Positions 24,881-37,400 of a stretch of DNA of 64,000 nt are shown here, piece by piece (position 1 is the first letter of the stretch; each line of letters starts with the position of its first letter). A model generated the notes under the pieces. The model saw only the letters and a list, made by a program, of their open reading frames with translations. It searched no databases and was not told the origin of the DNA. The translations under genes and the position numbers were made by a program. Source of the DNA: Octopus bimaculoides (Eukaryota); the NCBI RefSeq assembly GCF_001194135.2, contig NC_068990.1:95602-159601 (forward strand), read 5' to 3'.

Positions 24881-25692
24881 TATATATATACATATCTATA
24901 TATATGGCAGGTGACTTGATGCATCAGTGGTAGGTGAAAAGAGCCAATTGAAATCATGGTTCCAGAAAGCTTTCAAAAGAAAAGACTGTAATTACATGAA
25001 GCATTAATACAGAAAATAGCTTTTACTTAAGCAAAGAAGATAATTAGTTGGACTTTTTAATTCTTGCACCAAACTAAACTCCCTTTCTTAGCACTACTGT
25101 AATTGTTGTTTAGTTTTTGATTAGCCTATTATAGCTAAGTAAAAATACTTAACAGCCAAAGTATGTGTATGTGTGTGTGTGTGTGTGTGTGTGCACATGC
25201 ATATGAAAAGTACTATTGTGTTTATCTTTACATTTATATGGTATGGTTTGTTTTGCAAATTTGAAATATTTTGTGTGAATTTTTGGAGAATGTTTAGAGA
25301 TGGACATTCCTTCCGTTTTATTCAGCTGAAGTGGGAGTGGTGTGGCTCAATTTTCAATTGAACCAACTGAGTGAGAGGAGAGGAGTAATACTGTTTGAGT
25401 GAAGCTGTGTTCGAAATAATAATGTGACAGTGCAGCACTTTAGTGGCACCTCTGCACATGGGAATTTTGCTTTAGCCATAATTTTTAAATAAAGTATTCA
25501 GAGAAATTTACTAAAATAATTAATTTCTCCATCATTAAGCAGGTATATTCACACAACTCAAAATGTCCTGATAGCACAGGACGGGCCTGAGCTCAGAAAA
25601 TATATAGGGTTCTATCTAATGAAAGACAGAACAGTGGGAAGTAGAACTTAACTGGTGTTCACAGTAGACATTTTTACTTTGTTTTACTTTAT

Positions 25693-25899
25693 TTAACCCT
25701 TTAGCCATACCCGACCCAAATATTCTGTTTTATTTTCAAACCAGCCAGATTTGGCCTCTCACACCTACCTTATAATGTCATTCTAAAAGTGAATAAGAAC
25801 GTTGAAGTCTTACAGCTACAAGATGATGCACGGTTAATTCTAAACAGTGAATGTATAAGCACTATATTTGACAGAATAATCTGCGTACTAAAGGGTTAA
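25693..25899. mobile_element. piggyBac-like MITE
   Basis: TTAA-CCCTTTAG ... CTAAAGGG-TTAA: CCC/GGG termini with TTAA on both sides. Confidence 0.75.
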
Positions 25900-26059
25900 G
25901 CGAGTTTGTTGATTTGGGGACGATGGTTTTTATTTCATTACAGAGGTTTCATTCACTCATCATGATAGAGGCTACAGAGACACCCATTGCAGTGTGTGTA
26001 CTTGCTGAAGTGCAATATACACAAAATGATATTGAAGTTAGTAATATTGGTTTCAAATT

Positions 26060-26260
26060 TTGGCACAAGGCCAACACGTTTGTGGGAAGGGGTAAGTTGA
26101 TTATGTTGACCCAATGCTTGACTGGTACTTATTTTATCGACCCTGAAAAGATGAAAGGCAAAGTCGACTTTGGTGGAATTCAAACTCAGAATGCAAGGAC
26201 GGATGAAATACTGCTAAGCATTTTACCTGGCATGCTAACGATTGTGCCAACTAGCCATCT
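26060..26260 (-). mobile_element. SINE type 3 copy
   Basis: ACTGGTACTTATTTTATCGACCCTGAAAAGATGAAAGGCAAAGTCGAC is the reverse complement of the 48550 family core. Confidence 0.75.
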
Positions 26261-27520
26261 TATTGAAGTTAGTAATATTGATAATTCTATGCTGTTTCTT
26301 TTGTCAGTTTGTCAAAAGGTGGATTTATAGTTTAATTACTAGCTGTTGAAGCTGTTCTCATACAGTCCAATATATGGTGTAGGAGTGTGTATGTGCGTGT
26401 GTGAATATATATATATGTTTATATGTAGATAATGATGTTATTTAAAGCTTGTTTAAAAATGACATATATACTGAGAATAGAATCAAATTTATCATCAAAG
26501 GAATACTCTGCTCTCACCTTGTCAAAGCTTCTGGCCTTGAACCATTGGGAATCATTATTATTAAATACTCCACTGTACTCTGATATATTTTATTAATGAT
26601 TTTTGTATTACCTTACTAGGAAACAGCATCATCATAATATTTATGTTTGCTTTTCTATGCTTGCATGAGTTTGAGTGCTCTTTCCAACACAGTAACTTAC
26701 TGTTTGTTACTGTCTTTTGTAATTTTTTTTCTGAGGTTCAACAGTCTGAGATTAGCTTTTACAACTGCTGCCAGTATCTTCCTTAGTCTTCCTTTTCAAA
26801 TATGTTATCCTGGTACATCTTAACCCATCTATCATTCATAATCTGCATCACATGTCTGTCCCAATACATTCTTCATTCTTGTATACTACAATTGATTTCT
26901 CTTATACCTGGTTTATCTTTCGGTTCGTCTGTACCACACCAACATTACACATTTTGCTGATTAATAAGCATAACCATGATATACATAATTGCCCTCCACA
27001 CAAAAAACTAGATGATCATTAATGCCAATGTCATTTAGCACACACACATGACACCCTTGTAACAAACTAGGATTAGTTCCTGGTTGAAATAAATGAGGTA
27101 TTCACAGTCAAACCATATCCAATCTGGTGATAATCACCATCACATGATTCTTGATTATAAAACGAAAACAACAAAGGCAACTAAATCCTAGTTCATCCAC
27201 TAGACCGTGAAAAAGTCTAAGACCATCAATGAACCTTGCATGCTTATTATTCCTAGTAAAGAAATGGGAAAAATTTATAATATATAAGGTTTCCTGTGTG
27301 CACAAATCTCTCTTTTTCACAGTATTTTACTTTACAATTGGACGAAAAACATTCAACAATATATGCGAAATTCATTTATTCAAAGCTGAGGTTTTCCTTT
27401 TGCATTGTTCAAAATATGAGAAATGGAAATGAAACTCAGTAGTTTGTGTCCTTTATGTTAGCCTTCATTTTTACCAAAACCTTGTGATATTTGGTGGTGG
27501 AAAGTGTGTGGGAGCCTCTG

Positions 27521-27561
<41 letters not shown>

Positions 27562-27646
27562 TATCAAACACACACATATATATATATGTATACATTATAT
27601 AATTTGGTATAAGAAGAGACAAAAATTTAGATAATCATTCTATACT

Positions 27647-28223
27647 TATGATTTACATCAACATAATAAATACATATAACAAATTTACATCAAGACAAGG
27701 AACATATTAATATATTATTTAGGATAGAAATAAGTTAGAGGAGGTAAAAATGTATGTGTAAAGGATAAATAAATAAAGGTTGATATATTAATTAAAAATC
27801 ATTTTAACTTTAAGGTTAAAAAAACGAGTTAAGTATTAAAAGTTGTAAGATGCATCGGCAGTAGTGAGAAATCCTAATTATGGATTTAAAAGTTTAGAGG
27901 AGTTCCAAAGAAATGTTTATAGAGGGTTATATAAATTGCATAACCCTCTATATACATTTCTTCAGAACTCCTCTAGACTTTTAAATCCATAATTAAGATT
28001 TCTCACTACTGCTGATGCATCTTACAACTTTTAATACTTAATTTGTTTTTTAATCCTTAAATTTATAATGATTTTTAATTGATATATCACGCTTTATTTA
28101 TTTATCCTTTACACGTACATTTTTACCTCCTATAACTTATTTCTATCCTAAATAATATATTGATATGTTCCTTGTCTTGATGTAAATTTGTTATATGTAT
28201 TTATTATGTTGATGTAAATCATA
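27647..28223. repeat. Long inverted repeat (two 284-bp arms, 9-nt loop)
   Basis: Arm 27647-27930 is the reverse complement of 27940-28223 (about 90% identical by eye). Centre AGAGGGTTAT-ATAAATTGC-ATAACCCTCT. Confidence 0.95.
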
Positions 28224-28227
28224 GATA

Positions 28228-28284
<57 letters not shown>

Positions 28285-28378
28285 CACATATGTATGTATG
28301 TCTATCTGTCTATCCGCCATGATAGATCGCTCGCCACTAAACCTTTTTTATTTTTTCTCCCTGTTTCTTTCTGTGTTC

Positions 28379-28414
28379 CTTTCTGTTGAAGAGCGTAGGC
28401 TCGAAACGTAAAAG
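28379..28414 (+). ncRNA. Minimal hammerhead-like motif (core variant CUGUUGA), Penelope-type terminal repeat
   Basis: CTTT-CTGTTGA-A-GAGC(GTAG)GCTC-GAAACGTA-AAAG: stem I CTTT/AAAG, stem II GAGC/GCTC, palindromic ACGT stem III, GUA site. A6 replaced by U. Confidence 0.55.
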
Positions 28415-28503
28415 ACTTTCTCACTTTCTGAGTGTTAAACTAATGCTTCTGTTTGTTGTTTACACACCCATCTTTGTCTTTTGCTTTTTTGTAAATTCTC
28501 ACC

Positions 28504-28594
<91 letters not shown>

Positions 28595-29421
28595 CACAAT
28601 GCACACACACACACACACACACATATGTATTTGTGTAAATATGTGTACAGGTGTATCAACCTATAAAAGTCTAATGCTCTACTGACTTGAGGCTGTGCGG
28701 GCATGGATGTGTGGTGAGAAGTTTGCTTTCCAATTACATGGTTGGGTAAGTGTGTCTTTTATTATAGCCTTGGGCTGACCAAAGTCTTCTCCTTGTCTTG
28801 ACCTTGCATGTAGTTGCAAATGATTGTTACTATCATATGAGCTGTCATTCATTTCCAGTATATTATGAGAACATGTGTGGCCATGGGGGAATTACTACCT
28901 TGCTTGGTAACATGAAGGGCATTAGGTCGTGGAAAATCTGACTTGTGCAATCATGGGAAAATGGATGTTGAAATGAAATGTTATTCACACACACATACAC
29001 ACATTTAGATGACCGAACTGCTTGTATTTAGTTCTGAGTTATATCACTTTGCACAAGGATTGACTCTGTCTAACTTTAGTCTATAAGAAGATGGGCAAAA
29101 CAAGTACCATTGAAAGACTAGGTCAATATACTGCTGAAACCCCTTACAAACTATGTTCTGGCACGACTGCAGTCGGAAGATTGACACAAGTAAAAAACCA
29201 TGTAAATGTAAATAGGCATTTAGCTGGTATACTTAAACTGGCAGAATGCACCCCTGCAAACGTCCAGGTCAGGTTTCCGGCCTGAGACCAGCTTACTCTC
29301 ATCATCTTCATGTTCTTGCAAAAGGTCACAAGTGTTGTACTGGCTTTTTTGATAGGTTATTCCCAGGTGTTACTTTGTGAATTGAAAAAAGAAGGTAGTA
29401 CACAGTCCATGGTGTAGTTAT

Positions 29422-29630
29422 TTAACCTCTTTGCATTCAAACCGGCCATATCTGGCCAACGTATTCTTCCTGTTTTATATTCAGACCATTAAGATCTTTC
29501 CCACAATGTTATCCTAAAAATGAACAATCATCGAAATCTTGAGGTTATGAGATGATACATGATTAGTTTAAAACAATGTGAATAAATAGACATTAGATTT
29601 GAGAAAGTAATCTGAATGCTGAAGGGTTAA
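29422..29630. mobile_element. piggyBac-like MITE (same family as 25693)
   Basis: TTAA-CCTCTTTGCATTCA...TGAATGCTGAAGGG-TTAA; interior similar to 25693-25899. Confidence 0.75.
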
Positions 29631-30704
29631 CGTGAGGATCTTGTTATTACTGGAGTTTCAATCTCTCTGAGCTTTGAGGCAACCAAAATCACAGCTTGAA
29701 ACTCCTGTCTCACTCTCTGCCACCATTTCTTCCACTCTGTTTTTGTCTTCAGTCTGTCTTAGTAATCAGAATAATGGCGTTCAACAACCAGTGCCTAAAG
29801 AAGCAATTAATAGTTTCAATGCAAATTGTCAATTTATGTTTCTATTTCATGAGCTAGGCACATTTTGTCATGCTACTGTCATTAGAATGGTTTTTTCATG
29901 TTAAACTAAAACATCTTTTCTAACATGCATCAGTTTTTATTGAGTGTTTTTGTCTTACTAGATGAGCTGCTTTTGCTGTAGTATGCAGCATTCACGTTTC
30001 CTCTGTTTCAGTTCAGTTCTTTGAATCCTTCTAAACTTTATTGAAGAACAAGATTATTTCTTTCTATATACTCACCCTAATCTTTATCCTGGTTGCTCCA
30101 TTCTGAAGTCACTTATATAATTTTGCTCGGCATAATTTTGACACCTTGAGAAAATTTAGAAAATTGATTTTTCATGGTTAAATGAACATCTATTGGTGTA
30201 GCAGGGCATAGATGAAAACTAGCAGGTTAAGTTATAATGTCTTGTGGTGCTTTAACCATAGACGTTAGTTGGATTATATCAAGCAGTCAGGCTAAACATT
30301 TCCAGATTTTTCGTAGGATGTTTTGGTAGTCAACTTCATTGAAATAACTGGTATTTTTTTACTGAATTAAAAGTTATAACCCATTTGGTAGCATATTTCT
30401 GTTAAAATACACTGCCTTTGTTTCAAATAATTTGGAAAATAATGAAGAATTTAGCAAAATAACTGTCATATTAAGCTGCTATTTGGAAGTAAGTTAACTT
30501 GAAATTTTTATGGAAGGCTTTAATTAGATTACTTCTAAAGAGGAAGCTTGAACTAAAAATAGGACTAAAGGTATAGGGAAAAAAAATTACATTCAGGTTA
30601 CACTGTGGTACACCTAGTATCGTCTCATGGCACACCGGTTGTGGAGCACTGGTGTAGATTTACAAGACATTTCGCACTTTAATTAGTAGCTATATAGTTG
30701 TATC

Positions 30705-31052
30705 TTTTTCTTTTATTTCTTTTACTTGTTAGTTTTTGGAACCACCTTGAAGAGTTTTAGTTGAACAAATCAACCCCAACACTTATCTGTTTAAAGTCCT
30801 ATTCTATCAAACTCTTTCACTAAATTGCTAAGTTATAAGGATGTAAACAAACTAACACCAGTTGTCAAGTAGTGGTGGAGACATTCACACACACACAACT
30901 GGTTTCTTTCAGTTCACCAAATCTGCTCACAAGGTCTTGGTTGGCTGGGGGCTCTAGTGTAGACACTTGCCCAGGGTGCCACTCAGTAGGAATGAACCCC
31001 AAACCATGTAGTTAGGAAGCAAACTTCTTACAATATAGCCATACCTGTGCCT
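30705..31052 (-). mobile_element. tRNA-derived SINE, type 1 tail
   Basis: Reverse complement of the 20508-20926 family. Confidence 0.75.
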
Positions 31053-31339
31053 ATCAGAATAATTTTCTACATTGTCTTAAGTTTTGTGGACGAAATTTTA
31101 TGATGTAGGATTGTGTAGATTGTTACTGAAAGAATTGTAATCCACAAGTTTAGATAACTTCCTCATTGAAACATAAACAACCCCAAAATTACTACTGGAG
31201 TGGCTTCAATATATATATATGTAATCATCATCATCGTTTAATGTCTGCCTTCCATGCTAGCATGGGTGGGATGGTTTCACAAGAGCTGGTCAGGTAGAAG
31301 CCTGCACTAGACTTCTGTGACTGTTTCTGCTTCACTGAT

Positions 31340-31650
31340 TGATCAAGTGGTTGGCACACCCACACAGAATTTGGACCTAGTAAGGAAATTGATGTTGAAG
31401 TGTTTGAGCAACATACATAAGACTTTAACATCTCTTTGAGAATACTGTAGCATATGTAGGTCTGTTTCCCAATGTAAAAAAAACTTACATTTATGACCAT
31501 CAACAAAGATGAAAACTACCTAATCTGTTCCACTGATGGCAGTAACTTCAGATGCTTTGGGTCCTACGTTGCTGACATTAAGAAAGACTTCTTGACAGGC
31601 AGAGATTTCTGGCATAGTATGGTGAAAGACCTCTTCATTTCAGTCATTCG
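31340..31650 (+). mobile_element. Decayed LINE RT fragment (downstream of the catalytic motif)
   Basis: KKLTFMTINKDENYLICSTDGSNFRCFGSYVADIKKDF resembles the KTKFM...F.YLGS region of non-LTR RTs. Confidence 0.5.
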
Positions 31651-32216
31651 AAGAGGTGTTAGATGGGATGGATATTTAGATATGAATGTATTTATGATTG
31701 TTTGGGCTGTCTGAGGCATATGATTGTACGTTGAGGTGAAGTTAAAAGATTATTAGTAAATTCAATGAGTTCAAGCTGGTTTCTTCAAAGATAAACGAGT
31801 TGGTAGTCCTGTCAATATACCTTATTTCTTTAGAGCATTAAACCTTCCTTTTTCTTTGAGTTACAAATTTGTCTTTTGTAAATATTGTTTTTTTTTTTAT
31901 GGACAAAGTCTGCCCAGTCTAGTTTTTTCCTTTGTAACTCTTTTCTTCGACTTGTTTCAGACTGTGGCCATGCTGGGGCAGTGCCTTAAAGATTTTTAGT
32001 TGAATGAATTGCCCCCTTATTTTTTTTTAAGTCTGGTACTTATTCTATCGGTCTCTTTTGTTGAACTGCTAAGTTACAGGGGACATAAATAAATCTTGTG
32101 GTTTATCAATTTTAATGTTGTAAAGTCACTGTGTATATAAACAAGAGTTTAAAGATTGCTATATTTATAGATCATGTCTTTATAGAGCATATGGCTTACC
32201 TCAGTCAGTGTCATGT

Positions 32217-32440
32217 TTAACCCTTTTGATACCAAATCACCCAAGACTATCTTGATTTAATGTTACAGGCTCTGGGTTTTAAAGTGATCTAAATTAAAAC
32301 TTGCTATTAAAATTTTCATGTCATATTATGTTCCAAAGATCTGCTTAATAATTAGTTATTATACTATATTCCTTATTATTTTAAAAATTAATTGAAAGAA
32401 AAACTGTATTTTAACAGAAATTTGGCAACAGAAGGGTTAA
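32217..32440. mobile_element. piggyBac-like MITE, second family
   Basis: TTAA-CCCTTTTGATACC...GGCAACAGAAGGG-TTAA; interior unrelated to the 25693 family. Confidence 0.7.
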
Positions 32441-33065
32441 TACTTGTCGTTCAACTTTGAAAACATTGGACTCAGCTGTTTTCCAAATTAATTTCTCCTC
32501 AGTTTGCAGAACCATTCCTTCTATGCTAGAATCGATAAATAGATGTAATAAAGAATACAAGTTGGCACTAAAGGAATGGAAAACATAGAAATATTAGCTG
32601 CTATCTGTTAAGCATTGGAGCAATCTAAATAAAGAATATTAATGCCACTGGTCACTTGTTTTTCAGTAACCTTTTTTTCTTGGCTTGTCCATGTTTGTAG
32701 CTCAAACTATTAGGGCCAGTAAATGCTTTTGAAAGCAATGTTTAGAGTACATCAGTATTTTCAACAAGGCTCAAGTATACCCCATGATGCTGTATTACTC
32801 ATAGATCTGAAAAAGCCATTCTAACATTCTAGACCAGAGTCACAAGAAATATATTGCCTTCATACTTTTTTATAATCCCTTTCTCATATTAAAGGAGTTT
32901 CCTATTGGAGGAATCTTTAGCTTGAAATGGTTATAAGAGTAGCCAATTGTAAGGATAATGAATTATTTTGACAATATCTAATTAAATGTCCAGAATCACA
33001 CATTTTTCCACTCATACAAAAATGAATTGTTATAAAAAAGTTGACAATCTTTTTTTTCCTTCTAG

Positions 33066-33142
33066 TTTTGATAAAAATTGATGGACAGAGAATCTACATC
33101 TTGTTATTTCTTGCTCACTTATGAAGAGAAGAAAAGTTGAAG
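33066..33142 (+). other. Candidate exon of an unidentified host gene
   Basis: TTTTTTTTCCTTCTAG acceptor and GAAG|GTATGT donor; 77 nt. Ends with ATG AAG AGA AGA AAA GTT GAA G (MKRRKVE). Confidence 0.4.
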
Positions 33143-34758
33143 GTATGTATCCAAATGTTTTCTTACTTCTGGTCGTTGAGTTTCCCTGCCACCAGTTCTC
33201 TACAAATGTAGCTAATATCCCCAGTTGTTTGACTGGAAATTCTCATTCTGACCATTTTGTCTTTCATCTGGAGTATTCTGTCATAAGAAATTGGGCATAA
33301 ATCCGGTAGCTACATGAAATTTCTTTCTGAATAGTGAGTGCAGTGTAGCATTGTAAGGAAGTAGTGTAAAGAGAAGAGTAAGAGGAGGCAGTTCTGAAAT
33401 GAAAAATGTCAAAGGTTTTAAAGACTGCCTCATGTTCTCGTGTTAAATGTAGTTGTAGAAAAGCCTCTTCATTTTTGATACCCTCCCTAAAGAATTTAGG
33501 ATTGTAGACAACTGTGAAAAAGTTTCCATAGAAGAATCAATAGCAAATGAGGCCTGAAGATCAATTATAGGTTATAATTCTAAATTGGTGAAATTCTACA
33601 TCTTGATCTCTTAATTAGACACAAAACCAAATTTTTATCAGGGAAAGAGACCTGATATATTTTATCAACTTTGAAGGAATGAAAGTAAAGTCAATTCTAA
33701 ATGGATTTTAAAATCAGAATGGTGATGTAATAAATTAAATACTGTACAGTTTATTCCACTAAAACTTTTCTACTGACTTGTCACTGTAGCAGTGTTCTTT
33801 ATGGAATGGCAGAATAATTAAAGCTTTGGGCAAAATGCCTAATGGTTATTTTGCTACTGCCTTATAACATTTTTAATTGAAATGCTGCTGAATTTGACAT
33901 AATCTTTTATTCTGGGTCCCATAAAATAAGTACCAGGATTAATCTAATTAATGGTATCCATTTCCCAAATTCATGACTATCATAGAAATGAATATTAACC
34001 ATTTATTATTGAAGATATTGATTTATGCAGGTGAGGGGACATGTTGGCATGGACATGTAAAAAGAATTTGCAAAACATCACCATCATTCAGTTGTGCTAC
34101 TTGCACAGGTTCTCATGACTGTCACCACCCAATTCTATTATCCATACTTGAATTGGGAGCTTGAGTCATAGAGAACCTTTCATTAGCTGATTACACAAAC
34201 ATGGATGCTGCCTCCAAGGATACATTGCACTTACTCTCTTGATAGAGCTTAGGTGATCCTGACTGTTGATTTTATTGGATTCTTCCACTCTTGATCAATG
34301 TAAGAAGCACTGTTGGCTCAGTTGGGCTCTTCCACTGCCTCTTCACAATCTGCCCTGTTGCTGTTCCATGACTTTGCTGTATCCTTGGCAAAGTGGCTGA
34401 ATGGGTGCTCTACTTTGCCAAAGGGCAGCCCATAACTGTGCAGGGGACGGTCATCGCTCTTCCAAAATACCTGCTTACCCATCATAAGATATACTGGCTA
34501 AAAGTTGATGTGTGCTGGTAGGTGGTGGTGGTGGTAATGATAACTGAGGTTAAATGCACAGACTTAGATCATAGAATGTTGAGTCTTAAAGATGACGTAG
34601 GAACAAGATGGAGATAGAGATAAAAGATGTATAAGATTCATCTGTTTAATTTAGATGTTAAAATGGTGTGAGGATGCCACTACTAATAATGGATTAGAGG
34701 AAGGTGAAAGTGTGTGGAGTCTTGTCATTAAAACCTTTCTATGTTGAAAGCCTTAAAC

Positions 34759-34796
<38 letters not shown>

Positions 34797-35950
34797 GTGT
34801 ATTTGTCATCTCTCTATGAGATGTGTCTTCACAATACCTACCACTTTTCAATTTTCGCTACACTGATGCTTATCTCTGTTCTCTTTCTAACACAACGGTC
34901 TCTACTCTTCTTGAAATGCTGACTAGATACTCATATCTTCTAAATTCAGTTAATAAACCCTGCTCTTATCTTCCTATGCCTATAGACACAAGCACAACTG
35001 TAAAGAAGTTTGCTTTGTGACCACACAGTGTTAGGTTCTGTCTGATTGTGTGGCACCTCGGCAAGTGTTTTCTACAATTGCTTAAGACCTTGTGAGTTGA
35101 ATTCATTGATGGAACTGTTTGGAAGCCCATTGTATATGTACATATGTGTGTCTGTGTAAATGCTTACATTTTTCTGATCAGTGGATAGTGTTGTTAGTTA
35201 ACATTTCCTGGTCAACAAATTTTCTGGTAGCTCTGAGCTTTTTAAGATAAGGAAAGAAAATTCCCTTGAAAAACTTACAGGTTAGCAACAAGGACATCTG
35301 GTTATACAACAATGCCTCAATAATATGTATTCTTCTAATGTAGACTATCTATATATATATATATAAAGCATAGTCAGGCGGTATAAGGGGTAAAGATAAA
35401 CTTATTTATCCATCTGGCTTCTATATGGTTACACCCGTTTTGTAATCTTCATATAATACTAATTTCAGTATGCAAAAAATTATAAATGTTTGCATCAATA
35501 TGGATGCTCAGCATTATACAATTAAGTTTTGTCTTCATAAATTAATACAACTAAAGAAAGCTAACTCATCGGATTGTATTGTATAATGCTGAATATACAT
35601 ATCAATGCAAACATGTCCATTTAATTTTTTTCATACTGAAATTAATACACGAAGGTTATGAAACAGCTACAATCATATAGATAGATAGATCTAGCTTTAC
35701 ATCTCACACTTCCTGACTATATATATATATATATATATATTCCTCAGTGAATAACTTATTGCTCAGATTTTCTGTATTTTCAGTTACATGGACACATTGT
35801 GTGACACTACATTGTTATGTGGACTGATAGCCTAGTCCAAATGAGGAGCTTGCTGTGATAGCTGCATGATTCTCTGAATTCACACTATCATCATCATCAC
35901 TTAACATCCATTGTCCACGCTGGCAGAGGCTGGACTACTTTTTATACATA

Positions 35951-36325
35951 GGTGCAGGTGTGACTGTGTGGTAAGAAGCTTGCTTCCCAATCACATGGTT
36001 CTGGGCTCAGTCCCATTGCGTGGTACCTTGAGTAAGTGTCTTCTACAATAGCCTTGGACCAACCAAAGCCTTGTAAGTGGATTTGGTAGATGGAAACTGA
36101 AAGAAGCCCGTTTATATATGTATGCATGTTTGTCCCTGCTGCCACCACTTGACAACTGAATCTGGTGTGTTTATGTCCCTGTAACTTAGCGGTTCAGTGA
36201 AAGAGACCGATAGAATAAGTACTAGGCTTACAAGCAATAAGTCCTGGGGTTGATTTGTTCGACTAAAACTCTTTAAGGCAGTGCTCCAGCATGGCCGCAG
36301 CTAAAAGACTCAAACAAGTAAATGA
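35951..36325 (+). mobile_element. tRNA-derived SINE, type 1 tail, followed by (TG)n
   Basis: Matches 20508-20926 along its length. Another plus copy at about 39810-40156. Confidence 0.85.
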
Positions 36326-36367
<42 letters not shown>

Positions 36368-37366
36368 AAAATTGTCATTTCTATTTGTCTGCGTGTGATT
36401 AAGTAAAAATAAAAACCCACAAAAAATGTTGTCATGCTTATATTCCTGGTAAACAATATGACATGGATCTATGAAGTAATAGAATAAAATTTATATTACT
36501 TATAAAGTTTATGACAAGAAGAACGTCCAGTTGTAAAATCAATTCCTCCAACATTCCAACATATACCATCCATGGAAAATGGACATAGAACAAACAGGTG
36601 GACAGGAACATCCCCTGCAGAACATTTCTTTCAAGCTACTTTCATCTTTGACCTTGCAAGAATTTTGACTTCATTCATCTCACCTAGTTTCTGAAGACCT
36701 CTAGTTTTGCAGACTAACTAAAACAGAGTAGCTAGAACAACTACTAATTGACAGTTTATGATTTGGTTGGAAAGCAAGTTTGTGAATCATGCAGTCATGC
36801 CTGCATATTGGTTGTGTGTGTGTGTGTGTGTGTACGCATGAGTGTGTATATATCATCATCATTTAACGTCCGTTGTCCATGCTGGCATGGGTTGGACAAA
36901 TTGATGGGATCCAGTGAGTCACAGGGCTGCACCGGGCTCCATGTCAGCCTTGACATGGTTTCTATGGCTGGATGTTCTTTCTTATATCAAGCCACTTCAA
37001 AATGTGTACTAGGTGCCTTTTTTTTGTGCTACTGGCTCTAGTGGCTGGTGGCACATAAAAAAAAGTGTGTATGAAACTGATATATTCACATTATGATTGC
37101 TTCATTCTGCACTTTCAAAGACCAGTGAATTATTAAAAAAAAATTCCTCATTTAATAGTCATGCAAAAGTTGGTGTCAGGGTTAGGGTTAGGTATCTCGC
37201 CATAAAATGCTGTCTGAAATATTTGCTATCCAATCTTTGCTAGTGTGACAGACACATTTACTAAATGAATGCCTGTTTTTCCCACGCGAAATGAATGAAA
37301 GAATTTAAATGTTTTCTCTCTGTCTGAAACTACTTTCTTAATTTGTGTTTCATCTAAATACTTCAG

Positions 37367-37400
37367 GTGTCAACCATGGATCCTTTCAAGATTTTAAAAG
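37367..37400 (+). other. Candidate 34-nt exon with a Kozak-context ATG
   Basis: TTTCATCTAAATACTTCAG acceptor and AAAG|GTATGG donor. ACCATGG at 37373-37379 gives MDPFKILK; the frame continuing from 33142 (GVNHGSFQDFK) is also open. Confidence 0.4.
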
